IMG/VR virus record: IMGVR_UViG_3300048599_000880
Location: 1-61,347 of that record
Direction: 5' to 3' (one strand)
Length of the DNA stretch: 61,347 bases
Source of the DNA: a virus
Taxonomy: Duplodnaviria; Caudoviricetes
Part shown: positions 8,252 to 19,000 of the stretch, in pieces
Layout of the letters: each line of letters opens with the position of its first letter
How positions within the stretch are numbered: position 1 is the stretch's first letter
Position numbers and translations under genes: made by a program
Notes under the pieces: model-generated
Database searches by the model: none
Told to the model about the DNA's origin: nothing
What the model saw: the letters and a program-made list of their open reading frames with translations, nothing else

Positions 8252-8697
8252 GGGGCAGACCTCGAGTCATAGAAAACATGCCCGCCGAAGCGGGCGGTTT
8301 CTCGCATCGATGGCGCCCAGTCTGGCGGCCAGGCGCTGGCCCAGGCGGGTGGATTGATGGTGTGATAGTGGTCGGCGCCGTGGGTCGGATCGGCCACAAG
8401 GCCGTCGAGAACACTCAGCGCAACGCCGACTTGCCCGCGACACTGATCGTCGCGCAGCATCAGAAGCTTGGCGCGGTTGGGATCACTTTCGTTCCAGCAG
8501 GAGAACTGCCGCGGCGCGAGACAGACCCACGCAACCGCGCCGTCGTGACCCAGCAGGCGGTCGGCGAAGCGGGCGCGCGTCGCACGGTTGCGGATCACCC
8601 AGGCCACCGCGATCTGACCTTCACTCGGTTCGCCTCGCGCCTCGCCCCAGAGCGTGCGGGCAAGCGTCACCACATCGTGGTGGTCATGCACGATCAT
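8248..8697 (-). CDS. SleB-like cell wall hydrolase (Hydrolase_2)
   Basis: LARTLWGEARGE, VAWVIRNR, QFSCWN, DPTHGADHY and GGHVFY motifs. AAAGGA RBS before ATG 8697. Confidence 0.9.
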   Translation of the reverse strand: MIVHDHHDVVTLARTLWGEARGEPSEGQIAVAWVIRNRATRARFADRLLGHDGAVAWVCLAPRQFSCWNESDPNRAKLLMLRDDQCRGQVGVALSVLDGLVADPTHGADHYHTINPPAWASAWPPDWAPSMRETARFGGHVFYDSRSAP

Positions 8698-8735
8698 CTT
8701 CAGTCCTTTCGGTCGGGAATGGTGGCGCCGCTCGC

Positions 8736-8816
8736 CTAGCGCGAAGCCCGGCGCAGGAGATGCCTCAGATGCCAACCGGCGTAGACGATGACCGCGATCC
8801 AGAAGATCGTTTCCAT
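8736..8816 (-). CDS. 26-aa single-TM micro-protein in the lysis cassette
   Basis: METIFWIAVIVYAGWHLRHLLRRASR. GGAGGA RBS; ATG starts 1 nt after the holin stop. Confidence 0.6.
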   Translation of the reverse strand: METIFWIAVIVYAGWHLRHLLRRASR

Positions 8817-8817
8817 G

Positions 8818-9186
8818 CTACTTCCTCCAGGGCAGGAGGGCGGTGAGCGCGGCGACAAGCAGGTCTTTGAGAATGGTGATCCAGCTGCGGGGGTCGTCCT
8901 TCGCCTGGAGCAGCAAGGCCCTCACCAGCGCGATCACGTCATAGGTGACGGTCGGGGCCACGGCGGCGACGCCAAGGCCGGCAAACAACGACCAGCCGAG
9001 ATCGTTGACCGTCACCATCCCCAGCACTGGCCCCATCGTCCAGGAGAAGGCCGCCGCGACCATCCGCTGGCGCCGTGTCAACACATCCTTGCGGATCGTG
9101 TCGCCGAAGATCGCGCCGACCAGGGAAAACGGCACGAAAATCAGCAGGGCCTCGGCGACAGCCCACAGGTCGCGGCGGTCGTTCAT
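8818..9186 (-). CDS. Putative holin
   Basis: 122 aa with about three hydrophobic segments; first gene of the lysis cluster. Confidence 0.7.
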   Translation of the reverse strand: MNDRRDLWAVAEALLIFVPFSLVGAIFGDTIRKDVLTRRQRMVAAAFSWTMGPVLGMVTVNDLGWSLFAGLGVAAVAPTVTYDVIALVRALLLQAKDDPRSWITILKDLLVAALTALLPWRK

Positions 9187-9413
9187 TCGTCAGCACTCCC
9201 GCCGAGCAGAGATTCCGGGTCCAGTGACATCTACGCTTCTCCCCCACCCATGAGTTCTTCGGCCCCACCAAGGGCCGAGGTCGGCACAATTTCTTGTCCG
9301 GCTTTCATGTGGCTTGGGCGCCCACACCTATCCGCAGCTTGGATTTGCAGCCTGCCGGACTGTCACGCTAACTTGTGGGCGCGTGGCGACATCATGATGG
9401 AGAACCATGCGAC

Positions 9414-10385
9414 ATGATCCGTTACACATTCCATGAGACCGCGCGCAATGTGCTCGGCAATCCCGGCCGATGCTGGAACCCCGAGCTGTTCGACAGCGAT
9501 CTGTTCGCCCCCCACTACGCGCCCAAGTTCACGGTGGATCGTTCCACCTCCGTTTTCGCCTTCGGCTCCTGCTTCGCCGATCACGTCAAGCGGGCGCTGC
9601 GCGCCAACGGTTTGACAGTCCTGTCGACCTACGACAGTGCGCCGGCCGAACTGTTCAAAGAAAGCAGCGCCTACAACCCAGTTGCCTTCTTTCACCGCTA
9701 CAATCCACCTTCTATGCTGTTGGAACTACAGAACCTGTTCGGCAGAACGCAGCAGCTTCATGAGCCGGCGCTGATTGTTCACCATCCAGAGGGTGTGCGG
9801 GACTTCCACTACAGCCCCAACTATCCTCTTTCCACCGTCGACCTTGCCATGCACCGCCGCGCCTTGGTGCGGCAACGGTTCTCTGCCATCCGCAATGCCG
9901 GGCTCTTCATCTTTACGCTTGGCCTGACGGAGACCTGGTTCGATGGCCGGTGTGGCCTCTACTGCAATGCACAGAGCATCGGCGCACTACGCGCCAACCC
10001 CGAGCGCTACGAATTCCGTAACCTAGACACCAACAGCGTCCGCCTACACCTCGAAGCCATCATTGCCCTGATTCGCGAGGAGGTTCCGGGCGCGCGCATC
10101 GTCTTCACCGTGTCCCCGGTTCCGATGGAGAAGACCTGCATGCCGACCGATGTGGCCACGGCCAACAGCTACACCAAAGCTACATTGTTGGCCGCCGTGC
10201 GGGATGTCGAGATGCGCCATGCTGACGTGGGGTACTTCCCCTCTTACGAGATGGCGACCCTCACACGGCGGAGCGCGGTCTGGCGGCAAGACAATCGCCA
10301 CATCAAGGACGAGTTCGTAGATCGCGTGATGGCGGAGTTCGCGCGGCACTACTTGGAACAGCCTCTGCTTCGGGCGGCGGAATAG
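9414..10385 (+). CDS. GSCFA-family SGNH-like hydrolase (moron)
   Basis: FGSCFA, IFTLGLTETW, FTVSPVP, ANSYTKATL, YFPSYE and DNRH motifs. Opposite strand to the late operon. Confidence 0.88.
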   Translation: MIRYTFHETARNVLGNPGRCWNPELFDSDLFAPHYAPKFTVDRSTSVFAFGSCFADHVKRALRANGLTVLSTYDSAPAELFKESSAYNPVAFFHRYNPPSMLLELQNLFGRTQQLHEPALIVHHPEGVRDFHYSPNYPLSTVDLAMHRRALVRQRFSAIRNAGLFIFTLGLTETWFDGRCGLYCNAQSIGALRANPERYEFRNLDTNSVRLHLEAIIALIREEVPGARIVFTVSPVPMEKTCMPTDVATANSYTKATLLAAVRDVEMRHADVGYFPSYEMATLTRRSAVWRQDNRHIKDEFVDRVMAEFARHYLEQPLLRAAE

Positions 10386-10420
10386 GCATTTGATCCGGCA
10401 CACCTACCTGATGTGAATCA

Positions 10421-12319
10421 CTAGTCGCCTACAAATTCCACGGTGGCACGATGTGTGCAGACCGCGGCACCACCGGATGCAACGACCTTCAGGCTGTATC
10501 GCGCCGCGGTGTTCGCTCCAACTGGTGAGGGCAGCGGCGCCAAGTGCACGGCGTCTTCCGAATCAGTGTTCGATCCCGTGGTCGTGCAAGTCAGCGCGGT
10601 ATCAACGCCACCGACCCGCAGGGTATAGGTGAAGCTCTCACCCACTCCTGGTGCATCCGCCGCGGCGCAGCGCAACCGCAAGGCCTTTGCTTTTCGGGTC
10701 GGATAGAATCTTGCATCCTTCTCCAGCGCCGACGCGACTCCTAATCCTAGGTAGGCAGTCGCGCCTGCGGCCACAGTATCGCTGCCGCTTGAAAAAGCGG
10801 GCGCGGCCATCGGCGCGATGAACTTGTAAGTCGAAGCGGAGTAGTGCTCGCCGGCCATTTGAATGAACGAGATTGATTGGCCGATTTTGACATTGCCGAG
10901 ACTCTCCGCGTTGCCAGCGACATTGATGCCCTTAGGGTTCGCTTTGTTGCCGCCATTGAGAACAATATTGTCGAGGACGACGCCGTTGCCGTCCTGGACG
11001 TCGATCGCATAGACGGCTTGATTGTGATAGTTGTTGATCACGAAGCCGCTCATCGTGATCAACTTGACCCATGAAGCCGGCTCGGCAGGGTCCCCCGTGC
11101 CGCTGCCAATTCGGATGGTGCCGGCGGGGTTAACCTCGATTTGAGAAAACTGACCATCGCCGATCACGACATTGGCGAAATTCTTTCCCGGCACCGACTG
11201 CTGAATGTCGATCGCGTATACGGAATGCTCCTCGAAGGAGTAACCGCCGTCGATCGTCACAGTGCCCGTCGGGCCGTCGGTCAACTGCATCAGAAAGCCA
11301 TGCTGCCCGCCGATATACTTGCCGCCAACCAAGTGGAAGTCGCCTCCCTTCTCGTAGCGCACGCAGGCTAGTGATGTCCCGACGTTGAGATCCTGGATCG
11401 TCCCGCCGATCAAGTGATCGCTGCCTCCATCAATATTCCCGGTATTGATCATGTTGACGCCAACGTGCGTATAGTCCTGGATGTGATGGCCAACAGACTG
11501 GATGTGGCCGGCGCCATCGACCACCAGCGCGTCATAAAAGCCGATGATGCGATAGTTCGTGAGGCGCGTGCGGAAGTTCACGGTACCGACGCCGCCGGCT
11601 CCATGGACCCGAATTGCGGCGGTGTCGCCAAGCTTGGTTACACCGATGGCATCTATCGCCACATCTTCGAATTGGCAGCCGTCAGCGGCTTCTACGACAA
11701 AGAGATCGCCGGCGGCCGAAGTGTTACGGATGACTGTTCCGCCAGAGTTGGCAAAACCGTCGCTACCGCCCATTCCAGAGCCCAGGATCTTGATGCCCTT
11801 TGTAATCTTAATTGGCTGGGATGCGGTGTTAACCGCGTAGAAACCTGGCGGAAAAAAGACGACACCGCCCAGTAGGCCATCGAACGCCGGCCCAAGTGTC
11901 GCCGCATCGATGGCAGCCTGGATTGCCGGTCGCGAGTCCTGAGAGAGATCGTTCTTCGCCCCAAACCACACGACGTTATAGACGCCATCGAAGTACCGGC
12001 GGTATCGGCCCGGCGCGCCGGACGTGCACTGAACGGCAAGTGCGTCGTCGGCTGTCACTGTCGAGTTGGCGTGCCAGTAGAAGACGCCACCCCATCCATC
12101 GCCGGGCGCGGTCTTCCCCTTCACCAGGACCGCGCCTGGACGCGACGTCAGGCCTTTCAGACCGGCCAATGTGTCGACGACACTCGCCTTTTGCGCCTCT
12201 ACGGCATCGACAAAGGCATGGATATCCGGCTTGTACGGGTTGTGCTCTCCACTGCTCGGCACGCCATCGGTGTTGAAGGCACGCCACGCCGTCCGCCCGA
12301 GCGTTCCCACATCGGTCAT
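10421..12319 (-). CDS. Tailspike / polysaccharide depolymerase (right-handed beta-helix)
   Basis: YNVVWFGAKNDLSQDSRPAIQAAID...VVFFPPGFY pectate-lyase-3-like start, then G/N/I-rich repeats. Last tail gene. Confidence 0.85.
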   Translation of the reverse strand: MTDVGTLGRTAWRAFNTDGVPSSGEHNPYKPDIHAFVDAVEAQKASVVDTLAGLKGLTSRPGAVLVKGKTAPGDGWGGVFYWHANSTVTADDALAVQCTSGAPGRYRRYFDGVYNVVWFGAKNDLSQDSRPAIQAAIDAATLGPAFDGLLGGVVFFPPGFYAVNTASQPIKITKGIKILGSGMGGSDGFANSGGTVIRNTSAAGDLFVVEAADGCQFEDVAIDAIGVTKLGDTAAIRVHGAGGVGTVNFRTRLTNYRIIGFYDALVVDGAGHIQSVGHHIQDYTHVGVNMINTGNIDGGSDHLIGGTIQDLNVGTSLACVRYEKGGDFHLVGGKYIGGQHGFLMQLTDGPTGTVTIDGGYSFEEHSVYAIDIQQSVPGKNFANVVIGDGQFSQIEVNPAGTIRIGSGTGDPAEPASWVKLITMSGFVINNYHNQAVYAIDVQDGNGVVLDNIVLNGGNKANPKGINVAGNAESLGNVKIGQSISFIQMAGEHYSASTYKFIAPMAAPAFSSGSDTVAAGATAYLGLGVASALEKDARFYPTRKAKALRLRCAAADAPGVGESFTYTLRVGGVDTALTCTTTGSNTDSEDAVHLAPLPSPVGANTAARYSLKVVASGGAAVCTHRATVEFVGD

Positions 12320-12358
12320 TGGTTGTTCCTTCGATTGTCAGAGAGGGTGGTCTTAGCC

Positions 12359-14377
12359 CTAAGGGACGGTCTGTGTTTCTGGCCCGACTTCGGTCGACGG
12401 CTTTTCGCTGGCGTTGGACGCCTGCAGCCACCACCAGAACTCACCAGTGAGGCCGTAGTCGGTGTAGGTCTGCGGCTGCCCGATGTTGCCGTAGTAAGTC
12501 CCGATCACGGAGGCGTCGGCGAAGATCGAGGTGGCGCCGCGGTAGATATCGACCCGGTGAAGGTTCGGGCTGTTCGGGTTGATCCAGTCCAGTTGGACGT
12601 TGCTGCCACTCACGAACGACGTGAAGGTGTGCGGCTGCCCCGGCGGCGTCACATCGGCGCTGGCTGTCTTCGTCTGATAGGAAGTCCAATCCGAGGCGGC
12701 ATTGTTCGACCAGGTCCGCAGCCGGAAGCGATAGACGGCACCATCCTTCAGGTGCTGGGTGCGGACCTCGGTCTCACCCGGCTTCGACATCGCGGAGCGT
12801 GGTGCCTCAGAGAGATCGTTGAGCTGGTATTCGAGCTCGTAGGTCAATGCGCTGGACAGGAAGTCCCAGGAGCCCTTGGCAAAGGCGGCGCCCTGCCCTC
12901 CCGCCAGCGTCTCGGCACCCATCGTCACGGCGAAGCCGGTCGGAACCGGGATGCCTCCAGGCGTTGTGGAGCCCACCTCACCACCGGGGACACCCTCCTC
13001 CGTTGCCGCATCGAATTCGTACAGCGTCGCCGGAACCACGATGCCGTCGAAGGTGATCGTGAGATCGCGCAGGCTCAGCTTCGGCCGGCCGATGATCTCG
13101 ACGACGGCCTCGTCCAGGCCTCGCAGCGGGTAGTGGACGCGAACGAACCGGCGATAGGTGACATTCCGTGTCGGGCTGGAGGCATCGTAGGGGATCGCGA
13201 TGGTGACACGCGGCGCATTGGCCCTGATGAAGGCTAGCTTCTGAAGCCGCTGACAGTGGTTGTGGCGCTGGACGGCATGGTTGTCGACGGTCTGGGTACG
13301 CTGGGTATCGTCGTCGCCGCTGTAGGGGTCACCATAGATCGCGGCGTCGACCGTGTTGTAGACGCTACCGGGATCGGTCCAGCGGCCACGGACCGCCAGC
13401 ACCGTCGACGCCGCGCTCCGATTGGCGTCGTAGCGCAGCATCAGGATCTGGTCGACGGTGATCCGGATGTCCGGTGCCACCATCTTGCCGGGATGCACTC
13501 CGATGAGACCATCCGGGCGCTCGTAGACCACCATCTCGGCGGCCTGGTCCATGAAACGGCCAATCTCAACGGGATCGTTCTCGTGGCGATACCAGAGACC
13601 GCCGTGATAGCGGGGCTCGTCGCCCATCCCCCGATTGATGACGATCTCATCGCAGACATCGGCCGCGGCGATCCACTCCGGCATGTAGAGATCGGCCTTC
13701 GCGAGCTTGAAGCCGCTGGGATGCGTGAGATGGAACACCCGCATCAACGCTAGGTTTCTCGAGAAACTCCAGGTGTTGTGGTTGGCGGGGTTGTGCGCCT
13801 CGTTTCGAGGATCGTAGAGCAGCGCACCGTTGAGGACTGCCGAGTATTCCGGCATCTGCTGCGGATAGACGTTGAGGTACTGCTCCTGCGGCACTGTGCC
13901 GACCGTCATTTCGACGCGGGCGATGCCGTCACCGCGATGATCGGCGGTCCACATCGTGGGGAAAGTCGCCACGAGATACGTATTGGCGGTCTCCGCATCG
14001 AGCCCGACCCATGACGCGATCGTGACGTTCGTCGAACCGAAGTGAGAAGGCGACGTTACGTATGTCCCCGTCAGCGCCACCTCCTCGTCGTGGAGGTAGT
14101 GCTTGACGATGCCCTGGATACGGTGCGCCGCCATGGGCATGACATGATAGGCGGTGCCGTTCAGCTCCTCGCGGAACGCGTAGTCAGGCCCCTTCTTCAC
14201 CGTCCCAAGCGCCACGGCAAGAGAGGGCACATTCTGCTTGAAGCTGTTCGATCCGTCGGCGGGTCGGGGGGCGGCGGGCGTCTGGGTCTGCTGCTGCGGC
14301 GACCGCTTCGGCGTCAGCACAGTCACGATCACGTTGAGCGCAATCGAGACGACCAGCATGATGAGCGTCTCAGGCAT
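12359..14377 (-). CDS. Central tail fibre / tail-tip host-specificity protein
   Basis: Follows the tail-tip genes; has ADHRGDG and YDPR motifs and C-terminal FN3-like repeats (YRFRLRT, VQLDW). Confidence 0.8.
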   Translation of the reverse strand: MPETLIMLVVSIALNVIVTVLTPKRSPQQQTQTPAAPRPADGSNSFKQNVPSLAVALGTVKKGPDYAFREELNGTAYHVMPMAAHRIQGIVKHYLHDEEVALTGTYVTSPSHFGSTNVTIASWVGLDAETANTYLVATFPTMWTADHRGDGIARVEMTVGTVPQEQYLNVYPQQMPEYSAVLNGALLYDPRNEAHNPANHNTWSFSRNLALMRVFHLTHPSGFKLAKADLYMPEWIAAADVCDEIVINRGMGDEPRYHGGLWYRHENDPVEIGRFMDQAAEMVVYERPDGLIGVHPGKMVAPDIRITVDQILMLRYDANRSAASTVLAVRGRWTDPGSVYNTVDAAIYGDPYSGDDDTQRTQTVDNHAVQRHNHCQRLQKLAFIRANAPRVTIAIPYDASSPTRNVTYRRFVRVHYPLRGLDEAVVEIIGRPKLSLRDLTITFDGIVVPATLYEFDAATEEGVPGGEVGSTTPGGIPVPTGFAVTMGAETLAGGQGAAFAKGSWDFLSSALTYELEYQLNDLSEAPRSAMSKPGETEVRTQHLKDGAVYRFRLRTWSNNAASDWTSYQTKTASADVTPPGQPHTFTSFVSGSNVQLDWINPNSPNLHRVDIYRGATSIFADASVIGTYYGNIGQPQTYTDYGLTGEFWWWLQASNASEKPSTEVGPETQTVP

Positions 14378-14766
14378 CAGATCACCCACATCCCGAGCGG
14401 ATGGGCCGTCAGCGGCGTAAATCCTTCAGTGCCGCGGACCAGCCATCGGGTTCCGTCATGGATGGCGCCCCACTGCCGATCGACGTTGTGCAGGGCCCCG
14501 ATGACGCCGACGACGCCTCTCGCCGGGATCGAGACGGACGCGAGGCCGGCACGGGCGCAGAGATCCGATACCAAAGGCCGCAGACCACTTCGTGCCACCA
14601 CGATGCGCCGCCAGCCGAGATCGTCCGAGTAAGCGCCGCGGAGGTCCACGGCAGGATCTGCGTGCCCATTGGCGACGGCCCAATCGGCCAGCACCAGGGA
14701 ACAGTCGACAGAGCCCCACGCCCATGGCAGCGCGGCATGGGCGGCGAGGAAGTCGTCGAGGTCCAT
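14377..14766 (-). CDS. Tail-tip NlpC/P60-like protein (DUF6950-like)
   Basis: WAWGSVDCSLVLADW...LRGAY motif; position in the tail module. Confidence 0.75.
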   Translation of the reverse strand: MDLDDFLAAHAALPWAWGSVDCSLVLADWAVANGHADPAVDLRGAYSDDLGWRRIVVARSGLRPLVSDLCARAGLASVSIPARGVVGVIGALHNVDRQWGAIHDGTRWLVRGTEGFTPLTAHPLGMWVI

Positions 14767-14769
14767 CGA

Positions 14770-15345
14770 TCAGCTCGTGTATCGCGGCCAGACCAGCGTC
14801 TTGTCGCGCATCTTCGGTACGAACTCGCAGAAGCGATCCGGGGGCGCCGAAGGATTGAGAATTGCCGATCGCGCCCGCTGGTCGGTGTCGGAAAGTGCGG
14901 CACCGTTGGTGAGACGACGCAGCGTGAAGCGGTTCCGGCAGTCCACTGTGATGGTCGAGTGCGGTTGCTTGTCCTGCACGAACTCGTCAAACTTGATGTT
15001 GTCGACGATGCCGGTGAAACGGACCTCCGGACTCCCCTGCGGCTGGTCGTACTTGTCACAGGGCTGGATCAACAGACGGACCCGACCATCGATGACATTG
15101 CCGTCCTGGTAGTCCTGCCAGGCGACATCCGCCAAAGCCGAGGAGACGCCCGACAAGGCCATGCTGAGCGTGTACGCCTCGCCGTTGATGGCATGCTCGA
15201 TGCCGTCCAGCCCTTCGAGAAGCGAGAGCCCCTTCCAGACATTGCCATCGAGATCGGCCAAGGGGCCAGAGCCATCCCATAGGCGCGTGACCGTATCGTT
15301 CGGCCAGTCGAACTGGACGAGGATGCGGATCGACTTCGTGGTCAT
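14770..15345 (-). CDS. Minor tail / hub protein
   Basis: RLWDGSG...GNVWKG and SDTDQR...DRFCEFV motifs; synteny. Confidence 0.7.
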   Translation of the reverse strand: MTTKSIRILVQFDWPNDTVTRLWDGSGPLADLDGNVWKGLSLLEGLDGIEHAINGEAYTLSMALSGVSSALADVAWQDYQDGNVIDGRVRLLIQPCDKYDQPQGSPEVRFTGIVDNIKFDEFVQDKQPHSTITVDCRNRFTLRRLTNGAALSDTDQRARSAILNPSAPPDRFCEFVPKMRDKTLVWPRYTS

Positions 15346-16055
15346 GCCGTCGCGAGCTCGTTCCAGACGTCGTTGGCCTCGACGAAGTCGATATCGACGC
15401 TGTCGATGTTCCCCGCGCTCAGCGCGACATCCATGCCGTTATCCTCGGCGAGGTGGACGAGACAAGTCGGAAATCCGACCTCGAGCTCGGCTCCGGCCGG
15501 GATCGGAGCGCGCACCGGAGGCGTGATGCGTACCTGCCAAACATCACCTTCAATCGAGATCGGAAACCCAGTCGCGTAGAGTGCGTGTTGATAGCTGAAC
15601 CGAATGCCCGACAGCTCCTCGATGCCGAATACCTTGCGCAGCTTCACGACCGTGGCGCCGATGCCGACGGCCTCGACCATCTCGACGCCGATTGCAGGTT
15701 GCGAGTAGAGCGAGCCATCGGCATGTGGTGTGCCGTCGGAGTGCGTCGTTAAAATTCTGCCGTTGGCGGCCCCAGCCGGCCATGCCGCGAGGTCGTATGA
15801 CCAGACCGGCACCACCAACAGGCCCGCTTTGCCGGAAAGCTCAACGCGGATCATTTCCCAGAGGCGACGACGATCACTGTCGACCAAGCTGATCCCACGA
15901 TACGAGATAGACCACCAGCCGCAGTCGGTGCGGGTATCGGTCGAGAGCCCCCCCAAGGTGCGGCCGCCAGATCGGCTGAACGGCACCGGATTTGGACGGA
16001 TTGACTCCGGCTTGAGGATGCTAACGGGCCAAAGGATATGATCAGGCAGCGCCAC
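15342..16055 (-). CDS. Distal tail protein
   Basis: Directly follows the tape measure gene; SRSGG and PPVRAPIPAG motifs. Confidence 0.7.
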   Translation of the reverse strand: MALPDHILWPVSILKPESIRPNPVPFSRSGGRTLGGLSTDTRTDCGWWSISYRGISLVDSDRRRLWEMIRVELSGKAGLLVVPVWSYDLAAWPAGAANGRILTTHSDGTPHADGSLYSQPAIGVEMVEAVGIGATVVKLRKVFGIEELSGIRFSYQHALYATGFPISIEGDVWQVRITPPVRAPIPAGAELEVGFPTCLVHLAEDNGMDVALSAGNIDSVDIDFVEANDVWNELATA

Positions 16056-19000
16056 GCCATTCCCCTTCCCGCTCGGCCTTGAAGCGGTCGACCGTCGGCA
16101 TCACCTCGTCCCGCGACTTGTCGGTTGCCTTCTTGATGATGCTCGGCGACGCCTTGATGATGCGGGCATCGGCGCGGTTGTCGATGGTGAGCCGCAGCAT
16201 CTCGGTGGCGTCGTGGATGTAGATGTCCACCCGACTCGCACTTGCCTGCGACCGGCCGTAGTTCGCGACGCCGAGACTGCCGTCGGGTCCACGCTTCAAC
16301 GGAATGATGCCCTCAGGTCCAGCTTCACCCATCAGGCCGGCACCGCTCGCCATCGGAAACAACGTCGGGCGATTGACCACTCCACCGCGGGCGAAGGGGA
16401 TGACGTTGCCCGCCCGGAAGGCAGCGCCCTTGGCGAAGCCCGGCATCCAGCCGCCCGCCAGCCCGCCGGCCCCGGAAATGATGTCTCCGATGCCCATCGG
16501 CGCAGAAGCCGAGACGCCACCACCACCAAACAGGCCGCCGATGAGGCTCATCAATCCGCCGCCACCACCGCCCCCGCCTCCTCCACCGAGGGCTCGGTTG
16601 AAGAGGTCGTCGACCAGCATCTGCGTGAGCTTGTCGGTGATCTTGGTCAGGGCGTTGAGGCCGGCATTGCCGAAGGCCTCCCAAGCGCTCTGCCCCTGCT
16701 GCAGGTTGTTGCGGGCGTCGGTGAAGAAGGCCGTCGTCGTGCTCTTCGCGAAGTCGATCGCCTGGCGAAGTTCGTTGGTCTTGGCCTGCGCCGACGCCAT
16801 GGCGGCCGCTGATTGCTGGGCTCCCGCCACAACGGACGGCGTCAGCTCCACGCCAGCCTGCTTCAGCTTGTTCAACAGCTCGTATTCGAAGCGCAGCCGT
16901 GCCGCGGCCTCGGCCGAGAGGAAGAGGGCCTGGCGCTCGATGTCTTGCGAGGCAACGTACTCGCTCGACTGGGCGATGATGTCGGCATAGGCGCGGGCAC
17001 TATCGGCCGCTGCTTTGCTCCGCATGCCTTCGGCGATCGCCGCGGCCGCGGCAGGGCCGGCCTGCTGCTGAGCGAGCTTGATGTCGTAGTCGAGCTGAAT
17101 CTGCTTCTGCAGGGCCAGGTTGCCCGCCGCAGCCGCCAGTTTGTTCGTGAGATCGATCTGGCTGTTGAGGTTGGCGATCGTCACGGCATCGGTCAGCGCC
17201 TGCCGAGCATCGAAGACCTTGAGCTCAAGGCCGCCCTTGTTGCTTTTCGCTGCGGCTTCGGCACGGCGCATCGCAACCGCGCCCTGCTCGACCACCTTCA
17301 TGGCAGCAGCGATGCCGTTCAGCTCGTCCTGCAGGCCACGGCCGCCGCCGAGAGCACCCTGGATGCCCCTGTTCTTTTCGATCTTGGCGAAGGCCGCATA
17401 GACGCGCTCCGAGAGGACATCCATCGCCACTTCGGCTTCTTCCGTCGTGGCGGCGACGTTCTTCATCTGCCAGGCCAGGAAGGCTGCAGCGACAGCCGCA
17501 TCGATCATCGCCTGCTTGCCACCCCGCATGGCCGCGGTCTTCTTCTCCTCGGCGTCGGCTTCGGCCTCCAGGGCCTCAACCAACTGCGTCACGGACTGCA
17601 CGTGCTGGGCGTTGCCCAGCATGGCGGCACGATCCGGGCTGACATCGCCCTGGCTCGATATCGCCTTGATGCGATCCTCGAGGCCGCGCTGAGCCGGCGT
17701 CAGCAGCCGCTCGCGCTGGCTTTGCTCGCTCTGCAGCTTACGCAGCGCCTGATCGAAGGCAGTGCCGGCGTTATCGGCTTCTGCGCGGAGCTTGCGGATA
17801 CCATCAGTGATGCGTGCGACGAGGCCGGGGATCTGGTCATTCGCGACGCCCAGCGCGTTGCCCGACAGGAGATCCTTAATTGCCTTCTCAGCTAGGTCGA
17901 TCTGCTTGTGCAACTCGATGAACTTGTTTCCGACGGGATCAAGTTTATTCGCCAACGCCAGGGCATTGGTGATGTTGTCGGTGACGATCTTGCTCTGTGC
18001 CGCGCCTTCAGCTCCTCGCTCTTCCTCGTAACGCGCCATCAGCGTGGCGATCGCGGCGGCGAAATCTTGCTTCGCCTCCCTCAACCCCTTCTGGCCACCC
18101 GGGGAGTTCAGTATGGACGGATGGAGCCCTCCGAAGACCGGCCCAGCCGTTCTCGAGATGACTTGCTCCGGCGTCTCCGGCTGCGTGCCCTTGTTGAGCA
18201 GCTTGGCCGCGGCTGCGGCGGCTTCGATAGCGAGCCGATACTCTCTGACCAGCGGCACGAGATTGGCAAAGCGCTTCACGACCTGCGCGAGATCGCCGGC
18301 CATCGTCGAGAAGGTGTCGCCGATGGAACGCGGCATCTTCGCGAATTCGGTGTTCACGCTGTCGGTCTGCTTCAGCAGAGCGTCGAACACCATCTTGTTG
18401 GTGAGTTGGCCGTCGGTGGCCATGAGCTTGAGCTGGGCAGCCGAGATGCCGAGACCGAGGGCGATGCGGTCGGCGATCTGGGGGACCGACGACAGGACGG
18501 TCCGGAGATCCTCGGCGCCGACGGTGCTGTCCTTCAGCATCTTGGCCAGGGCACCACGGGCGGCGTCGCCCTCGCCCTTCGATGCGCCGGAGAGCAGCGT
18601 CAGCTTCTCCGTCGTAGTGGCAAGCTCGAGGAAAGCCTTCTGGGTGGCACCAAGACCGGCGCCGGCGCGCGAGAACTGGGCGAAGCGCTCGGTCAGCACC
18701 TCCATGCCGATGCCAGCTTCGGAAGCCGCCTTGGCGATGTCGCGATAGAGCGCCGTCGCCAGTTCACGGGAGCCCGTCAGCGTGGTGAGGCGGCGAAGCT
18801 CAAGCTCTTCCGCATCTTGCAGCGCGTTCACGGCAGCTAGCAGGCGGACGTAGCCCGCCGCCGCGATGCCGATGGCGCCAGCGACGGCGACCATGCCGAT
18901 GACAGCCCGGGCGACGCTGGTGGTGACAGCGTCGACGGCATTCGCTGTCGCTGCGGCTGCGCTGGCCAGGCGCGGACCGCCACCCACACCAGCACCTCCC

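Noticed and set aside
10421-14389. Diversity-generating retroelement or invertible tail-fibre cassette
   Set aside because: No reverse transcriptase, invertase, TR/VR pair or inverted crossover repeats were seen by eye. A self dot-plot would be decisive.
16515-16590. CCG/CCA trinucleotide runs as a contingency locus
   Set aside because: They encode in-frame poly-Gly linkers typical of tape measure proteins, with mixed codons.
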